A stretch of 64,000 nt of DNA from Octopus sinensis (lineage: Eukaryota), in assembly GCF_006345805.1 (NCBI RefSeq), contig NC_043012.1, positions 12,958,001 to 13,022,000 on the forward strand, written 5' to 3'. This document shows positions 27,296-41,480 of the stretch, piece by piece; position 1 is the first letter of the stretch; every line of letters starts with the position of its first letter. The position numbers and the translations under genes are program-made. The notes beneath the pieces were generated by a model, which ran no database searches, was not told where the DNA came from, and saw only the letters and a program-made list of their open reading frames with translations.

Positions 27296-27331
27296 TGCGG
27301 TTTGGTGGTTGAATATTCATTAATGAGTCAA

Positions 27332-27360
27332 CTATAAATAGATAAAAGAAAGAAAAAAAC
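27332..27360 (-). promoter_or_regulatory. 3' splice acceptor of the GPCR coding exon (5' UTR intron)
   Basis: Minus strand reads tttttttctttcttttatctatttatag|TTGACTC, a polypyrimidine tract plus AG, with the exon starting at 27331, 36 nt before the ATG. Confidence 0.65.
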
Positions 27361-27789
27361 ATTTGTGAGTTACATAAATATAATATATATTGGTGAACAT
27401 TAAATTAAATTATATCTCTTTTTACTAGGCAAATAATGGAAATTTAAAATTCACACATGTGCGGCAAATAAAGTTAAAATATGGTCTGGTTTTCACGTTT
27501 TTTGTTATGGTATTTTACATTGAAACAAATGTTTTGTAATGTTCATATAGTTCAAATCGTAAGTACGTAGTAATAAACAGATTTCCGAATGAATTTAAAA
27601 GACAATCGAGTTCTTGACAACTATAGTACCTCATACAACGCTCCAGCAAACTGAATTTTTTTTCATGCGGTTTTAACCAATACTCATGCATCTTAAACGT
27701 CACTGTTATCCTGTAATTTGCTTATATTCATATATTAACGATTTTTTAAAAAAATTCCATCATTAATTGATTGTTAGATTATTGTTAGT

Positions 27790-28245
27790 ATTTTCGCACG
27801 GAACAGGTTTGAACTATTTAATAAACCGTTTTTCTTTTATCTTCCTTCCAAACTCACATGTGTCACGAAGTTTGTGTAAAGGTAAAATTAAAAACATTTT
27901 CTGACCACATGTCTTTATATCTTTGGTCAATTAAACTGGCGAACATTTATGTTCCAAATTCGTTGTCTGTGGACTCGAGAGCATTCCGGAAATGCATTCC
28001 TGTCTCGTCTATATAGTTCCTCCCAATACTGCATTTGATGCAGTACATCTAATTTCTTCTTTTGCAGTTCATATCTTCATTTGCCAAAATTTGTCCATTT
28101 TTTTGTTCTAATGCATCTAAGAGTATGCATGTATTGTCGCGTTCCACATCTGTTACCATTAACTGTGGATACTGTGAATGATTTATCCTGGCTGTTCATC
28201 TCTAATTTTGCCTTAGTTAAAAATTTCGTTGTTAATAGTTTTCTC
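27790..28245 (-). mobile_element. Penelope-like GIY-YIG fragment
   Basis: Minus strand reads FLTKAKLEM...NRCGTRQY...ANEDMNCKRRN*MYCIKC...YIDETG...HRQRI...LILPLHKLRDTCEFGRKIKEKRF. Confidence 0.8.
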
Positions 28246-29202
28246 TCCACACACTACATGGCACAAGTAAGGTTGGAAGAAAGATAACCTGACCATGTTT
28301 TAATATCCTCGAAAAAAAACAACCTTTCCAACGGAAAAATAAAACAACCTCCAAATAGTGGCACAGCTTTGGGAACGCGATTTGCTCCAGTCTTCGCGAA
28401 CTCAGTATTAGGATAATTGGAACAAAACCCATATAAATAAAGTGAAGAGAACTACGCCATGAATTTTAATAGATATATAGAAAAAATAGCTCGATGATTA
28501 TTTCCTAATTTGCACCAAATCCCTAGAATATTTGGAAGTATTCAGCACCCTCCTTAACAGTCTATAACCTATCTCAAATTCACAGGAGAAATGGGCAGCA
28601 CATAATTACCCTTTCTTGATATAATGGTAATTTAAAACAGCACCACAACCACACCTGAATTTCAAATCAAGCCATACAACACACACAAAACACGACATCC
28701 CTAACTGTCTAGTCAAGAAAATTTGTACTAAAGTCGATGAAAGTATTTCTGCTCAAGCAAAATTACACTTTCCTAATTATAGAAAATATCATACAAGAGT
28801 TAACTACAGAACAACTTAGGGCAACCCCAAAAAAGACGAACCCATTAATGCAATACAATGCCGTTACTAGTAACACACAATCCGCATCACCAACACATTT
28901 TTAACATCATCAAAAATTTGCAAATCATAAAACAGTGTGAGAAATTGAAAAGCGCAATAACTAATCAAATACTTATATTAAGCAGAAGGCAAACACCCAA
29001 CCTAAAGAAATTATTAACAAAGGCAAAATCTCGCATGAACAAACAGGAGTAAACAGTTACAGTATCTAAAGGTGATGATAACAGATTTGGAACGTGTCAA
29101 TACGTGCTGAGTATATCCATTAGAACGAAGAATAGACAGGTTTGCGCTAATGCAGATATGAAATTCGAAAGCAGCATTAAATGTCCAAATTGCATGGAAT
29201 TG

Positions 29203-29635
<433 letters not shown>

Positions 29636-29986
29636 AGACAGGGAACGCATAATCGGAACGCTCACGACGAGTCCACCGACAACAAATCCGGAACAAGAAT
29701 GTTCGCCAAATATCATTGATCTAACATATACAAACTTTTTTCTAATTTTTCCTTTCCACAAATTACGTGACACAAGTACATTTCGAAGAAAGACAAAAGA
29801 AAAAAAACGGTTTGTTAAAATGTTCACACAAGGTTCTGAACGGAAACAACAACAAACATACAGCAATAAGTTAATGATATGGCTTGCAAAATATCTTTAA
29901 CATGTGACTATAAACATATCATAGAATATTGGTACACCCGGCAAACCATGATGGGGATTGGTCAAATCATTATTCGAAACATAAGT

Positions 29987-30284
29987 GAGGGCGCGTGGCT
30001 TAGTGGTTAGGGCATTCGGCTCATGATCGTAAGGTTGTGAGTTCGATTCCCGGCGACGCGTTGTGTCCTTGCTCCAGTCCACTCAGCTGGCAAAAATGAG
30101 TTGTACTTGTATTTCAAAGGGTCAGCCTTGTCACTCTCTGTGTCACGCTGATTATCCCCGAGAACTACGTTAAGGGTACACGTGTCTGTGGAATGCTCAG
30201 CCATTTGCACGTTAATTTCACGAGCAAGCTGTTCCGTTGATCGTATCAGCTGGGACCCTCGTCGTCGTAACCGGCGGAGTCTTT
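29987..30284 (+). mobile_element. tRNA-derived CORE-type SINE with a deletion in the core
   Basis: ggcgcgtggcttagtggttagggc...gttcgattcccgg, then tgtgtcctt[deletion]gctccagtccactcagctg. Confidence 0.85.
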
Positions 30285-30641
30285 TAAATTCGAAACATTC
30301 AGTTTGTTGGAGCGATCTAACAAATACTATAGTTGTCATCAACTCAAGTGTTAGTTAAATACATTTTGAAATTTGATGATGAATTCGAACGTATAAAAAA
30401 CGCTAATTGAACTTTATGAATGTTACAAAATATTTTCAATGCTAAAATACCATAATAAATATACGTAAAACCCAGACCATATATTTTAACTTTATTAAAC
30501 TTATATATTATTCTATACACGTTCATACAAATAAATAATAAAAATTATATATGTATACACACACACATAAACACACATATACATAAATATACACGCACAT
30601 ATATATGTGTGTATGTAAATATATATGCATGCATGTGTGTA

Positions 30642-30685
<44 letters not shown>

Positions 30686-30753
30686 TATATATGTATATAC
30701 GTATATATGTATATATAAATATACATATACACATACATATTTATGCACATATA

Positions 30754-30808
<55 letters not shown>

Positions 30809-30833
30809 AATGCATTTATATACGTATGTACAT

Positions 30834-30875
<42 letters not shown>

Positions 30876-31734
30876 GCATACACCCAAAAACTTACGCACG
30901 TACACGTACACACATACGCACACACGCATACACAGGATAGTTTAATGCACAACAGATTAAATATCAGTTATGAAACAGTATTAATGACAAACGGATTTTC
31001 ACAAAGAACTTATGAATGAAGTAACGTTACTGAATTAATCTTTCTCTATATGTCAATCACACCCACGTCGACGTTTACACCATCTTCAAAATTGTAAATA
31101 TATAATTAAATACTTATCTAAGTAAATATAAACGGATTGGCATTTGCTGGCATCAGGACTATGGCAGTAGCAACTTAATTTTTTTACCCAGTATTGTAAA
31201 TGTTCTGTTTTGTAGTTGTAAACTATCGATTTCAGCAAAGAATGAAAACTACATCAGAGATTAGCATAATAAGTATTATTGGATTCCACACCATTATTTC
31301 CGAACTATCTGCAAGCAAATGATGATGTTTTCTGAAGTAAAAATGAATAATTTATAGAGTCAGTACAGGCGTAAAAAAAGATATACATATTTAGATAGTA
31401 CGAAAGAACCACCTGAAAATATTTTGTTTTGAATGCGTATGTTTGTAATGAGTATACTAAAATCTGTTATCTTTCTCCATAAACATTCCTGAAAATCCAG
31501 CTTTCTTAAGATAGGTACCATAATATTTGATTATTTTGAATTTAACAGCAATCGCTTTATAAGTGAACATAGATCAGAATTGTGTAACAATCTTCATAAT
31601 GTTATCGCTATCAGTTACACTACTGAGAATGGGTAAGTTCACGATCAATATACCTGAATCAAGAGTCATGAAATATCCGTAATATTCTTCTCTACACTAG
31701 GCAAAAGGGCCGAAATTCTGGGGATGGGGGTCAG

Positions 31735-31897
31735 TCGATTAGACCAACCCCAGTGCACAACTGGTACTTAAATTATCGATCCCGAAAGGCTGAAAGGCAC
31801 AGTCGACTTCGGCGGAATATCATCTCAGAACGTAAAGGCAGACGTAAGATCGGTGAGCATTTCGCCGGCGTGCTAACGTTTCTGCCAGATCACTGCC
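31735..31897 (-). mobile_element. SINE family A copy
   Basis: Reverse complement of ggcagaaacgttagcacgccggcgaaatgc...aagtaccagttgtgcactggg. Confidence 0.8.
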
Positions 31898-31989
31898 TCG
31901 AAATATGCGTAATTTTGATCACTCAACTACTATATTACATAATATATTCTCATGTCCCAGACTCCTGGATCTTTTCTCGTTCAACGGTA

Positions 31990-32200
31990 GATAGAGAAAA
32001 TAATTTTTTGTAACTAAACATTTTCGAACTTCGGACACTGGTAGAATGTGTCATATAAAACATCTTTTACTCTTAGCGTTTTTTAGAACATTTTATATTT
32101 ACGAAGTTATTTCGTGTTAAAGTTGTTGTATTTCGGTAATTTCAACGAATCAATGACGTGTATTCAGCTAAATATACACTCTGGCGGTGTATATTTCGTT
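31990..32200 (+). repeat. Probable non-autonomous DNA-transposon-derived repeat
   Basis: aacttcggacactggtagaatgtgtcatataaaacatcttt...ttcaacgaatcaatgacgt resembles a common octopus repeat end, from recall only. Confidence 0.35.
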
Positions 32201-32789
32201 TGTCACTGTTATTTATGACATATTTCATCTTAGTTACGTTTGTATGAATAAACGAGTGTATTTGAAGCATGTTTACTTCATGAAAGAATGCTCAATAATT
32301 CATTTTTGCAACTGGCTCCAAAACAAATATATCCAATACATAATAACATGCACATATTGGATTCTTTAGAATAATTAAGCAAAAGATTTAATGGGCACAG
32401 ATTCGGCGTCAGGCACAATAGCAGTTCTGCGACAGATCCTGCTGAACATTTCGTTTCCAACGGCTACAATTTCGAAAAAGACTTTAAAGTGTATATTCTC
32501 AGAAAATATTCTGAATCCGCTTCTCTCTCACTTTTCAGAATGCACCAGGAGAAATATGTTTGTGGGTTATTAACATCACGCCCTGGAGGAATGAATAAAA
32601 TGACAGGAGAATATCATCAAACTTATACAAAACTGTTTCATTAAATATTCATCTTTTTCTTTACATTTTCTTCCGTCTTTCTTTCTGTCTTTTTTCTCTT
32701 TTTCTTTTCGCCTGTTATAACATTGAAACTTAAAGACTGATTATGACATTCCATCAACGTGTTGGCGTTGGTTGCTCACTAGGCACACC

Positions 32790-33367
32790 CTTCACAAACA
32801 TATGTACGTGACCGGGTGATCTCATATTAAGATAAGCAGCACATGACCTTGCAGGTGGGGCCCAGTTAGAATATTCTTCTGATCGAATTACCTATCCCTC
32901 TGAAGCGGTCCCTGAATAAGGGTTGTTTAAGGATGCTGAATGAAACACACATGTTTCCAGAGGTGAATTATTTAAACCCCAAAGAAACCCTCTCAACACA
33001 TTGCTATGATGCTCCCCCACTACTTCTGCTCGTGATCAGAGATGCAGATATCGTCAGCCACTAAGAGACAAGCTCAGGTTTTTAAGGTCAAACAACTGAC
33101 AAGCAAATCTGTGGTATTGAGCAGAATATTTGCTGTAGCCCATCTTTTATACCAAGACAAAACAATGTACATGATAGCACTTCCAATCATATACGATCAG
33201 AAGCCGCGAGAGATACTGCCTGGTACTGCATCAGAGCATTAATATTATTATTGTTATTATTATTATTATTGTTGTTAATTTTATTATTATTTTTATTGTT
33301 ATTATTATTATTATTACTACTAATATTATCATTATTAGTAGTAGTATTAGCATTACTATTGTTACAC

Positions 33368-33428
<61 letters not shown>

Positions 33429-33985
33429 CATAATTGAGTGACAAAGCAGCGCCTGCCTGCAAATTAGCACTGAAGTATTATTGTACGAACTCCAATATAC
33501 ATATCCTGATTACGCGTCTGATACGGGTACTCCAGGCACATGCATCATATGTGCGCGACATCGTGATCTCATTTAAGATAAACATTGCTTGACCTTGCAG
33601 ATGGGGTGCAGTTAGACATTTCGCCAGGCCGAGCATCCCATCCCACTCAAACGTTCCATGAATATATTTTGATGATAAGGAACAAAACACCCGCGTTGCA
33701 GAAGCAAATTACTCAAACCCGAAATAATTCCTCTCTACACATGGCTCTGATGCTCCCCCGCTACTTCTGCCCGTGATCAGAAAGGCACATATTGTCAGTC
33801 ACTAAGGGGCATGCTAAACTGGTTAAAATCACACAACTGAGAAGCAAGTAGATGGTACTGAACAGAATATTTGCTGTAGCCCACCTTTTACATCAAGAGA
33901 AAACAATGTATATTAATACACTTCCAATCACTTACGTCCAAAGCCATGAGAGCCACTGCTTGGTATTGCACCAGGGTATTTATTA
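32790..33985. repeat. Two tandem diverged copies of a ~0.5-kb interspersed repeat separated by (TTA)n
   Basis: Shared blocks gtgatctcat.taagataa..gaccttgcag.tggg, gatgctcccc..ctacttctgc.cgtgatcaga, gaatatttgctgtagccca and cacttccaatca at 32790-33240 and 33545-33980. Confidence 0.85.
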
Positions 33986-33991
33986 TTATTA

Positions 33992-34047
<56 letters not shown>

Positions 34048-34391
34048 GCTGCTGTTGTTGTTTTTGTTGTAAGCAATAATATTAATATGGTAACATTTTG
34101 TTTTTGTACGTAACGTTTGTGCGCATCACACTTACTTCAAAGAAGTGGCAAAGCAAGAGAGAGGAGGACAGAGAGAAAAGGAGAGTGAGAGAGAAAGTGA
34201 GAGAGTGAGAGAGTGACATAGCAAGAGAGAGAGAGAGAGAGAGAGAGTGAAAGAGACATTGAGTGGTGACGGCGTTCATCGCAAGAGAAGTAGAAACGTA
34301 GATAATATACTCATCATTAAATCAAAAGCGGGAGAGAGGAGGGACAAAAAGGAAGTGAAAGAGAAAGAGAGAATGTGAGAGAGACACAAGA

Positions 34392-34880
34392 TATTGTGTT
34401 GGCAACTAAGGTGGCGCTATTTTTCTTACATTTTGGAATTTATTGCGTTTTAAATTTTCGAGAATTCTGTTTTTGAATCATTTTGGAATCTATTTTGCTT
34501 TGTTTTGTTTTTCTAGTTGATTTTAGTTAATTTTTGTTTATTTTCAGATCATATAAAATGGAATGTCAACTTAACAAAAACGAGCATTTTCCAAATCTCA
34601 TACTTTTTCCTTTTAATTAAGGCTCCAAGGCCGCAAAAGCCGCTCGCGACATTTGTGCTGTGTATGGAGAAGTTCCCATGGATACAAGCAACGATTTCTT
34701 TACCGAATCTTTACTGTCGACGATAAATGGTGCCCGTACATCAATATGAAGCTGCGTAAGGAATGGCTCAGCCCCGGTAAACAAGCGACACCGCGTGAAA
34801 CAAGCGTGAAACAAGATCTTCATCCGCGTAAAGCGATGTTGTGCGTATGGTGGGACTGGAAAGGGATTATCCATTACGAA
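34392..34880 (+). mobile_element. Internally deleted mariner
   Basis: Left TIR tattgtgttggcaactaag. MECQLNKNEHF...AARDICAVYGE is fused directly to RIFTVDDKW...HPRKAMLCVWWDWKGIIHYE. Confidence 0.9.
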
Positions 34881-35114
34881 TAAAACAATTCCAGTCAGTT
34901 TCAAAGCAACAGACAGGAAGAGAAAGAGAGAGAGACAGAGGTGAAGACATAGTTGTGGACAATCCGACACTTTCTATCTGTCTATCTGCCTCTTTCTCTA
35001 GGCATATGTTTGTGTATGTGCGTGCATGTATGTGTATGTGTGTATGTTTATGATTGTGCGCGTTGCCATTTTGAATTCCTTTCTGCGACTGACCTTAAAT
35101 TGCTATTAAAGGCC

Positions 35115-35171
<57 letters not shown>

Positions 35172-35584
35172 CACATTTGTTTTAACCCATTTCAACTGCA
35201 GCCATACACCAAAAAAAAATAGTGTTTTGCTCCAACATTTAAATTTTGAATTTGTCTTCATAAAATTACACCTCAGCTAAATTACATCTTTTGGCTTCGG
35301 AATGCAATGTTGTCTTTTTGTTTCTATACTTTTTAAGTTCGAATTTCTGGCTCATTTGTTGATGTGTCATCATTACATAGCCACATTACACCTTTAAGAT
35401 CGGGCAATCAATTAGGGGCCCGCTGGATATCTTTCGGCATACCAGAAAACCATACAATCGCACCAGTATCACCACTATCTCCAAGCCCGTCACATATATT
35501 TACTTATGCATGCATGTATGTATGTATGTATATATGTATGTATGTATATATATATGTATGTATGTATATGATTGTGTGTATATG

Positions 35585-36085
35585 TCTGTTTGTCCTACCA
35601 CCACCATTGCTTGACAACCGATGTTGGTGCTTTTGCGTCCCTGTAATTTAGCTGTTCAGCAGAAGAGACTGATAGAATAAGCATCAGGCTTACAGGGACC
35701 AAGACAAGAGGTCAATTTCTTTCACTAAAGGGTGGTGCTCCAGCATGGCCACCGTCAAATGCTTAGCAGTATTTTTGCTCCAACTTCAAATTCCGTCGAC
35801 GTGAACCTTGTCGTTCATTATTTCGGGATCAATAAGATGAGTACCGTTTGAGCACTCGTGTCCATGCCATCGTAAACCATTCATCTTAAAGGCGTTGTGT
35901 CTTTTGTAGAAAGATTCATTATTATCGTCAAGGCAGCAAGCTAAAGTTATCGTTAGATTGTCGGAGAAATGCTTAGCTGTATTTATTCCGGTTGCTTTTA
36001 GGTCCTGAGTTTTAATATCGCTCAAATGAACTTTGCCTTTCATCCTTTCGGGGTCGATGAATCAGAGAACAAGTCAAATGCTGGA
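35585..36085 (+). mobile_element. SINE cluster (3' half of family F plus two family A fragments)
   Basis: gcttgacaaccgatgttggtg...ggtgctccagcatggcc, then caaattccg.cgac...tttcggg.tc blocks at about 35760-35850 and 35932-36085. Confidence 0.7.
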
Positions 36086-36865
36086 GACACTAAATCGGGA
36101 ATCGTAATTACTATACAAATAGATTGCTGTTTTGGGCAAAGAACAACACATAATAAATATATTTAGAAAACTTACGATAAGAAGTTTCCTATATTTCCTG
36201 TGGTTTTAGTTAATTAACCCCTACTCTTTCCTAGCTGGATGACCCGTGTTATCAGTATCAGAAGCTTTATCTTAACTTGACGTGCGAAATATGAGAAAAG
36301 CTTAAAAGTTACACACGAACGAGCGCTAATACTCGATAAAAACATGTGCATTAGATTTTCTGTCACTGGCAATATTACATTTTGCGCTCATTGCATTATG
36401 AACACGTTCACAATCAGAACATATTCCTATATAACGTGGTTAACGTTCATTTTTTGATGATTTTCTTTTTCTTTTATTTTGTTCCACTGAATACCTAGCA
36501 AAGTTCATCATTAGATCAACATGTTGAGATTGCTTGTCCATTCACCGACAACTCCGCCCTATAAGCATTATATGCTAACAGTAGTGTGCAATGACATGTA
36601 CACATGCGCGTGAGTTTGTATATGTGTGTGTAAGAAAGCAAGTATGTTATATATGTTTGTGTGTATGTCTGTATGTATTATGTGTATGCGTATGTATGTA
36701 ATATAAATTGCACTTCATATTTCAACCTTTGATGCAGCTATAAAATGTTACTCAAGCACTCAACGATAGGCCAACTACATTTCATAGCGGAGACAGCTAT
36801 GTTTATGAACATCATCGTTTATTCCTTTGCCAAACATATACTATTATATAAATATCTGTGTGTAT

Positions 36866-36874
36866 TATACATAC

Positions 36875-36922
<48 letters not shown>

Positions 36923-36925
36923 TAT

Positions 36926-36992
<67 letters not shown>

Positions 36993-36993
36993 C

Positions 36994-37042
<49 letters not shown>

Positions 37043-37059
37043 ATATATACATACATATA

Positions 37060-37092
<33 letters not shown>

Positions 37093-37111
37093 CATACATA
37101 CATATATATAT

Positions 37112-37191
<80 letters not shown>

Positions 37192-37200
37192 CATACATAA
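36866..37200. repeat. Long interrupted (TA)n/(TACA)n microsatellite
   Basis: Read directly from the sequence. Confidence 0.97.
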
Positions 37201-37957
37201 TATGATTCTTACAGCCTAAGATGAAAGGAAATAAACGTATGATTATTTGAAGTGTCACTGTTCCTGTTACAATATCTATTACTTTAATAGAGTATCTTCT
37301 CATGGAAACTTAATAAGGGATGCTGATATTTTCAAATATTTGAAATATATAAATGAAATACAAATATATCGTATTTTCCATGACGTAAACTGAACCAAAT
37401 CTAAATAGATGCGATATGCAATAGATGTACTTTTCAATCGTTTTATATTTTAGTTACACATTATAGATTTACTTGAAAGATTGTGATAATCTGAAAGTCA
37501 TGGGAAGGTACTCGTTCATATATCATGCAGATATAAAAACAAAAAAGAAACAGACGAACAGTGTTATACCCTTCTTCACTTTATAAGAAAACAGAGAAAA
37601 AATTTTGAATCAAAATTGTCCAAAATATTTTATGATTGAAGTAAAAATGTTTGTGTGCATATCGGAACAGTGTATGAATGCATTTTATAATACGAACAAT
37701 TACTGCATCCAGTGTCTATAAAAATGTTGTTCATCTATATTTGTTTGTACAGGCATTTTCTTTTTGGATGGGATTTAACACGTATATTACCTAAGCAAGC
37801 AAATATATTGCAACAAACCTGTTTCCTAACCTCACCGAAAAAATATTTTTAAAATGTATAGCCATCTTTCGAAACAACATTGGTTTATTAGTTTCTAAAA
37901 GTTTGGCAAACTACATTAATTCTGTGGGCACGTGGTTTTCTTTTCTGAGATAAAATA

Positions 37958-39228
37958 TGAGGTCATCCCATAAGTTCTGACCGATTCTTTAAATTGAAAG
38001 AAATTTAATAGTATTTTAGAATGTCTAAAGGAATAAAAAATTATTTTTATGCATTTGCGTACATTTAGACTAATTAAATAATATGTTACAGAATAATAGA
38101 ATTAAAATTTCTGTGATTAAAACCCTTTCTAACATGGAAGTATCCAAAGAGCATTTAAGATACATAATGCCTTATGAGTACAAAAAAGGAAACTCTGCAG
38201 CCGACGCGACTCGAAACATACACTCAGTTTATGGGAAAGAATGCTTGAATGAATGAAATTGCAGAATATGCTTTGCAAAATTCAGATGTGGAGATTTCAG
38301 CCTTGAAGATGAAGACCGAACAGGATGTCCAGTTGAGGTTAAGGATAAGCGCCTTGAGGCATTACTTGAAGAAAATCCTGCATTATCATTTGACGAATTG
38401 GCAACAAAGCTTAGTTTAGTTCAAACCATACAACTGTTCATCATCATCTTCAATAATTTACAAAGGCTCTTAAACTTGGAAAATATGTACCTCATGAATT
38501 GTCTGAAAGCAACCGCAAATCCCGAGTTGACATCTTCTCTTCTCTCCATTCTCGCGAACTCATATTACCCTTGTGGCTGGTAACGAAAAATAGATCTTCT
38601 ATCGAAATGTTAAACGTCGTAAACAGTGGTTTGATAAAAGGGAAAATGCTCAACCACAACCGAGAAGGGATCTTCATGGGAAAAGGTTCGTTTTTCTATA
38701 TGGTGGGATTGCGGAGGAGCAATTCACTTTGAATTGTCACCACCTAATGCAACAATACAAGCTCAAGTCTACTCTCAGCAATTAGAACGTTTGAACCAAG
38801 CTTTGAATAAAAAAAGACCCGCTTTAATGAATCGAAAAGGAGTGGTGTTTCATCAGGACAATGCGCGACACCACAATTTCAACGATCACATCACAGAAGA
38901 TCGAAATGCTTGGTTGGGAATATATCCCTCATCCACCTTATTCTGCCGACCGTGCTCCTTCAGACTACCATTTGTTTCGTAGTTTACAGAATCATTTGGG
39001 AGACACAACTCTCGCAAGTCAGGAGGAGTTCGAAACTGACATTTCAGAGTTCTTCGCTTGAAACCAAACGAATTTTACATTGATGGGATTAAACTGCTAG
39101 TAAATATATGGAAGGAAGTTATAGATAATCAGGGAAAGTACATTGGTGATTAAATTTCAATTAAACATGACGTTTGATCACTTATTTTCTTTATTCAAAA
39201 TTCGGACAGAACTTATGGGATGACCTGA
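37958..39228 (+). mobile_element. Full-length mariner (DD34D) DNA transposon, transposase disrupted
   Basis: TIRs tgaggtcatcccataagttctgaccga / tcggacagaacttatgggatgacctga with TA on both sides (37956-57, 39229-30). MEVSKEHLRYIM...FSLEDEDRTG, HQDNARHH, HPPYSADRAPSDYHLF. Confidence 0.95.
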
Positions 39229-41361
39229 TATTATCGTGCATAATCACCATAACTTTTGTAATGGCTAAATTTAAAAGTGAAAATGATTGAAAGAAGGTTG
39301 AATTAACATTCACATTCAAAGAAATGTGACTTGTAATTGCTTTTATGGGTCAGTCTGTTTTTCACAATTCTCGTGGTCTAATTTTCCAAACATATCAATA
39401 ATACTTTGGTATGAAAGTAGAGTAACACGTATGCAATGACACTTTGTCTTTTGTGATGTTAAACACAACTCAACACCGCAAGTGCAAAGAAGAAAAACTA
39501 TGACAGTTCCTCAAAGTATTACCTTGAGGTTTATTTGTACATTGATTTTCAATTTACTGGAAAATTTAATATTTTCTATAACTTGTCCACGAAACGCAAA
39601 TTATCTTTCATCGATGCAATTATAATTAAAATAGTTTTAAGGAGTATTTCTTTTATTTTTGTTAATATATTTTTACGAAATTCTCGAGCTCTCCATTAGT
39701 CATGCGAAATAAGATTATCTTTATCCGTTTTATTCCATTATACTTCAAGTTATCCTTTTTCCTTTTTTTCTGTATAATGTTTATATGATAAACAGATATG
39801 CAACGCAGACTCATGCTCGTCTTGCATTTTTCGTTCATTGCTTATTGTCATATTTTATTTATTTTTAAAATATTTTTTTAGTTTCACATAAAAATATTCT
39901 GTTACTTTCTTGTAAAACAACTGACTTATGTTATTAGTACATCTGATACAATTTCTGTAACACGAAGTAGTGCTTCGCATCCAGGCTTTCATTTATAGCA
40001 AAAAGACTGAAAGTGCTAATAAAGGTTAATATATAAAAAAAATGTGTGAGTCAATACGGGTCTTTCAGACTGATAATCATAGGACCAAACTGGTCTCTAT
40101 CTTACATCCTGGTATAGTACGAAATGAAACAAGTTAACATTTGATAGTGTAATCTAAAATACGATGAACTGATCATGATTGAAAGGTAAGAATAAACCAA
40201 AAAAATCCTTTCTTTAAACACTACTAAATTTCGACGATCAACAGAGACAATAATACGTCTCTGATATGCCATGAGAGTGCAGAATCTGCAGAGATTTCTG
40301 TCAGTTAGCGGTAGATGCAATTCATTTGTAACTATTATGATAGAGAATAGCCTTGAATAAAGTAACATCAGGCTTGGCCAGTAAGCATACACAATCTTCT
40401 ACCAATCGGGCAATATAGTCCATGGAATTCTTACTTAAGAAATCTATAGAGAACTTGTAGTGTCGACTTACCTCTACCGTCTCTGACTGTTGGACTGCAC
40501 AACAATAAGTTACTGATTTAATTTCCTAGCTTTTCAATACTAGATGAGGTATTGGCAGTTACAGGCGCGAATTGCAACCGTCCTGGCTTATATGTCTTTC
40601 TCTTTTGGTGCCGAGGTGTGTTGCTCTGTCAGGATTTGTCTAATACAGGTGATTCGTGTAAGAGAACATTTACCAGATAACTCTAGTGGACATAACACCG
40701 TTCCTACGTTTGCTTGAAAAGATAGACGACCTAGCACTGTCTGATCATTACAGCTAGACGAATTTGAGTAATGATCACATCTGAAAATACTCATTGATAT
40801 TTTAATGTTCTATTTGAGAAGAAGGATGAGATTACTTCAGGTGATTCAACAGAATGGGACTATACACGTTTTCATATGCGCTGACAATTACATACTGGCG
40901 AACGTACTTAGCCTTGGCACTCAAAGAACCAGTATGCTGTAGAGTTCTTTCCGTTATACTTTGATCGTTGTCTATGTATTGCTGATTAAATCTGATGTTT
41001 GTTATTACTTTTACCTATTTTCATTTAGTTGAAAACTGACTGTAAATCCAAAGCGGTGGAATAAGAGGAGAGTTAAATCGTCGAAAAAAGAAGGACTTGA
41101 TATATTCAAACCCATTACGTTCTGACCTCAGAATCTGCAACTGTTGCTCATAGCAAAAAAAGCCCTCAGTGTTTAATGCAGAAATAATTTACAAATAAAA
41201 TCGGTCCAACTACCAAGGCTTCGAAACGAAATTTCTGGTTTTGCTTCTCTCAGGATAATTATTATGCGCGTAACAGATTCCGCTTTCTCATTGCATACTC
41301 TGCACTTAGCACTTTTCTCAGTTTGTCTATTTTCGCACTTATGATATTCGTCCGCCAGTAA

Positions 41362-41480
41362 GTCGGTGAGGCGGCAGAATCGTTAGCTGCATTACAACTG
41401 CCTTTATGTTGTGTTCAAATTCTGCCGAAATTCACTTTGCATTTCCTCTTTTCGGGGTTGATAACATAATTACCAGTTGA
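41362..41480 (+). mobile_element. SINE family A copy, degraded
   Basis: ggcagaatcgttagc...gttcaaattctgccg...tttcggggttgata...taccagtt. Confidence 0.7.

Noticed and set aside
29944-29986. ccatgatgg...gaaacataagt possible hammerhead at the end of the Penelope copy
   Set aside because: There is no CUGANGA core and no stem I pairing.
40102-40392. ORF with LCRF...IIVSVDRR, reminiscent of GPCR TM3
   Set aside because: The Cys-to-DR spacing is 18 rather than 25 residues, and there are no TM2, TM6 or TM7 motifs. Probably chance, though a TBLASTN would settle it.
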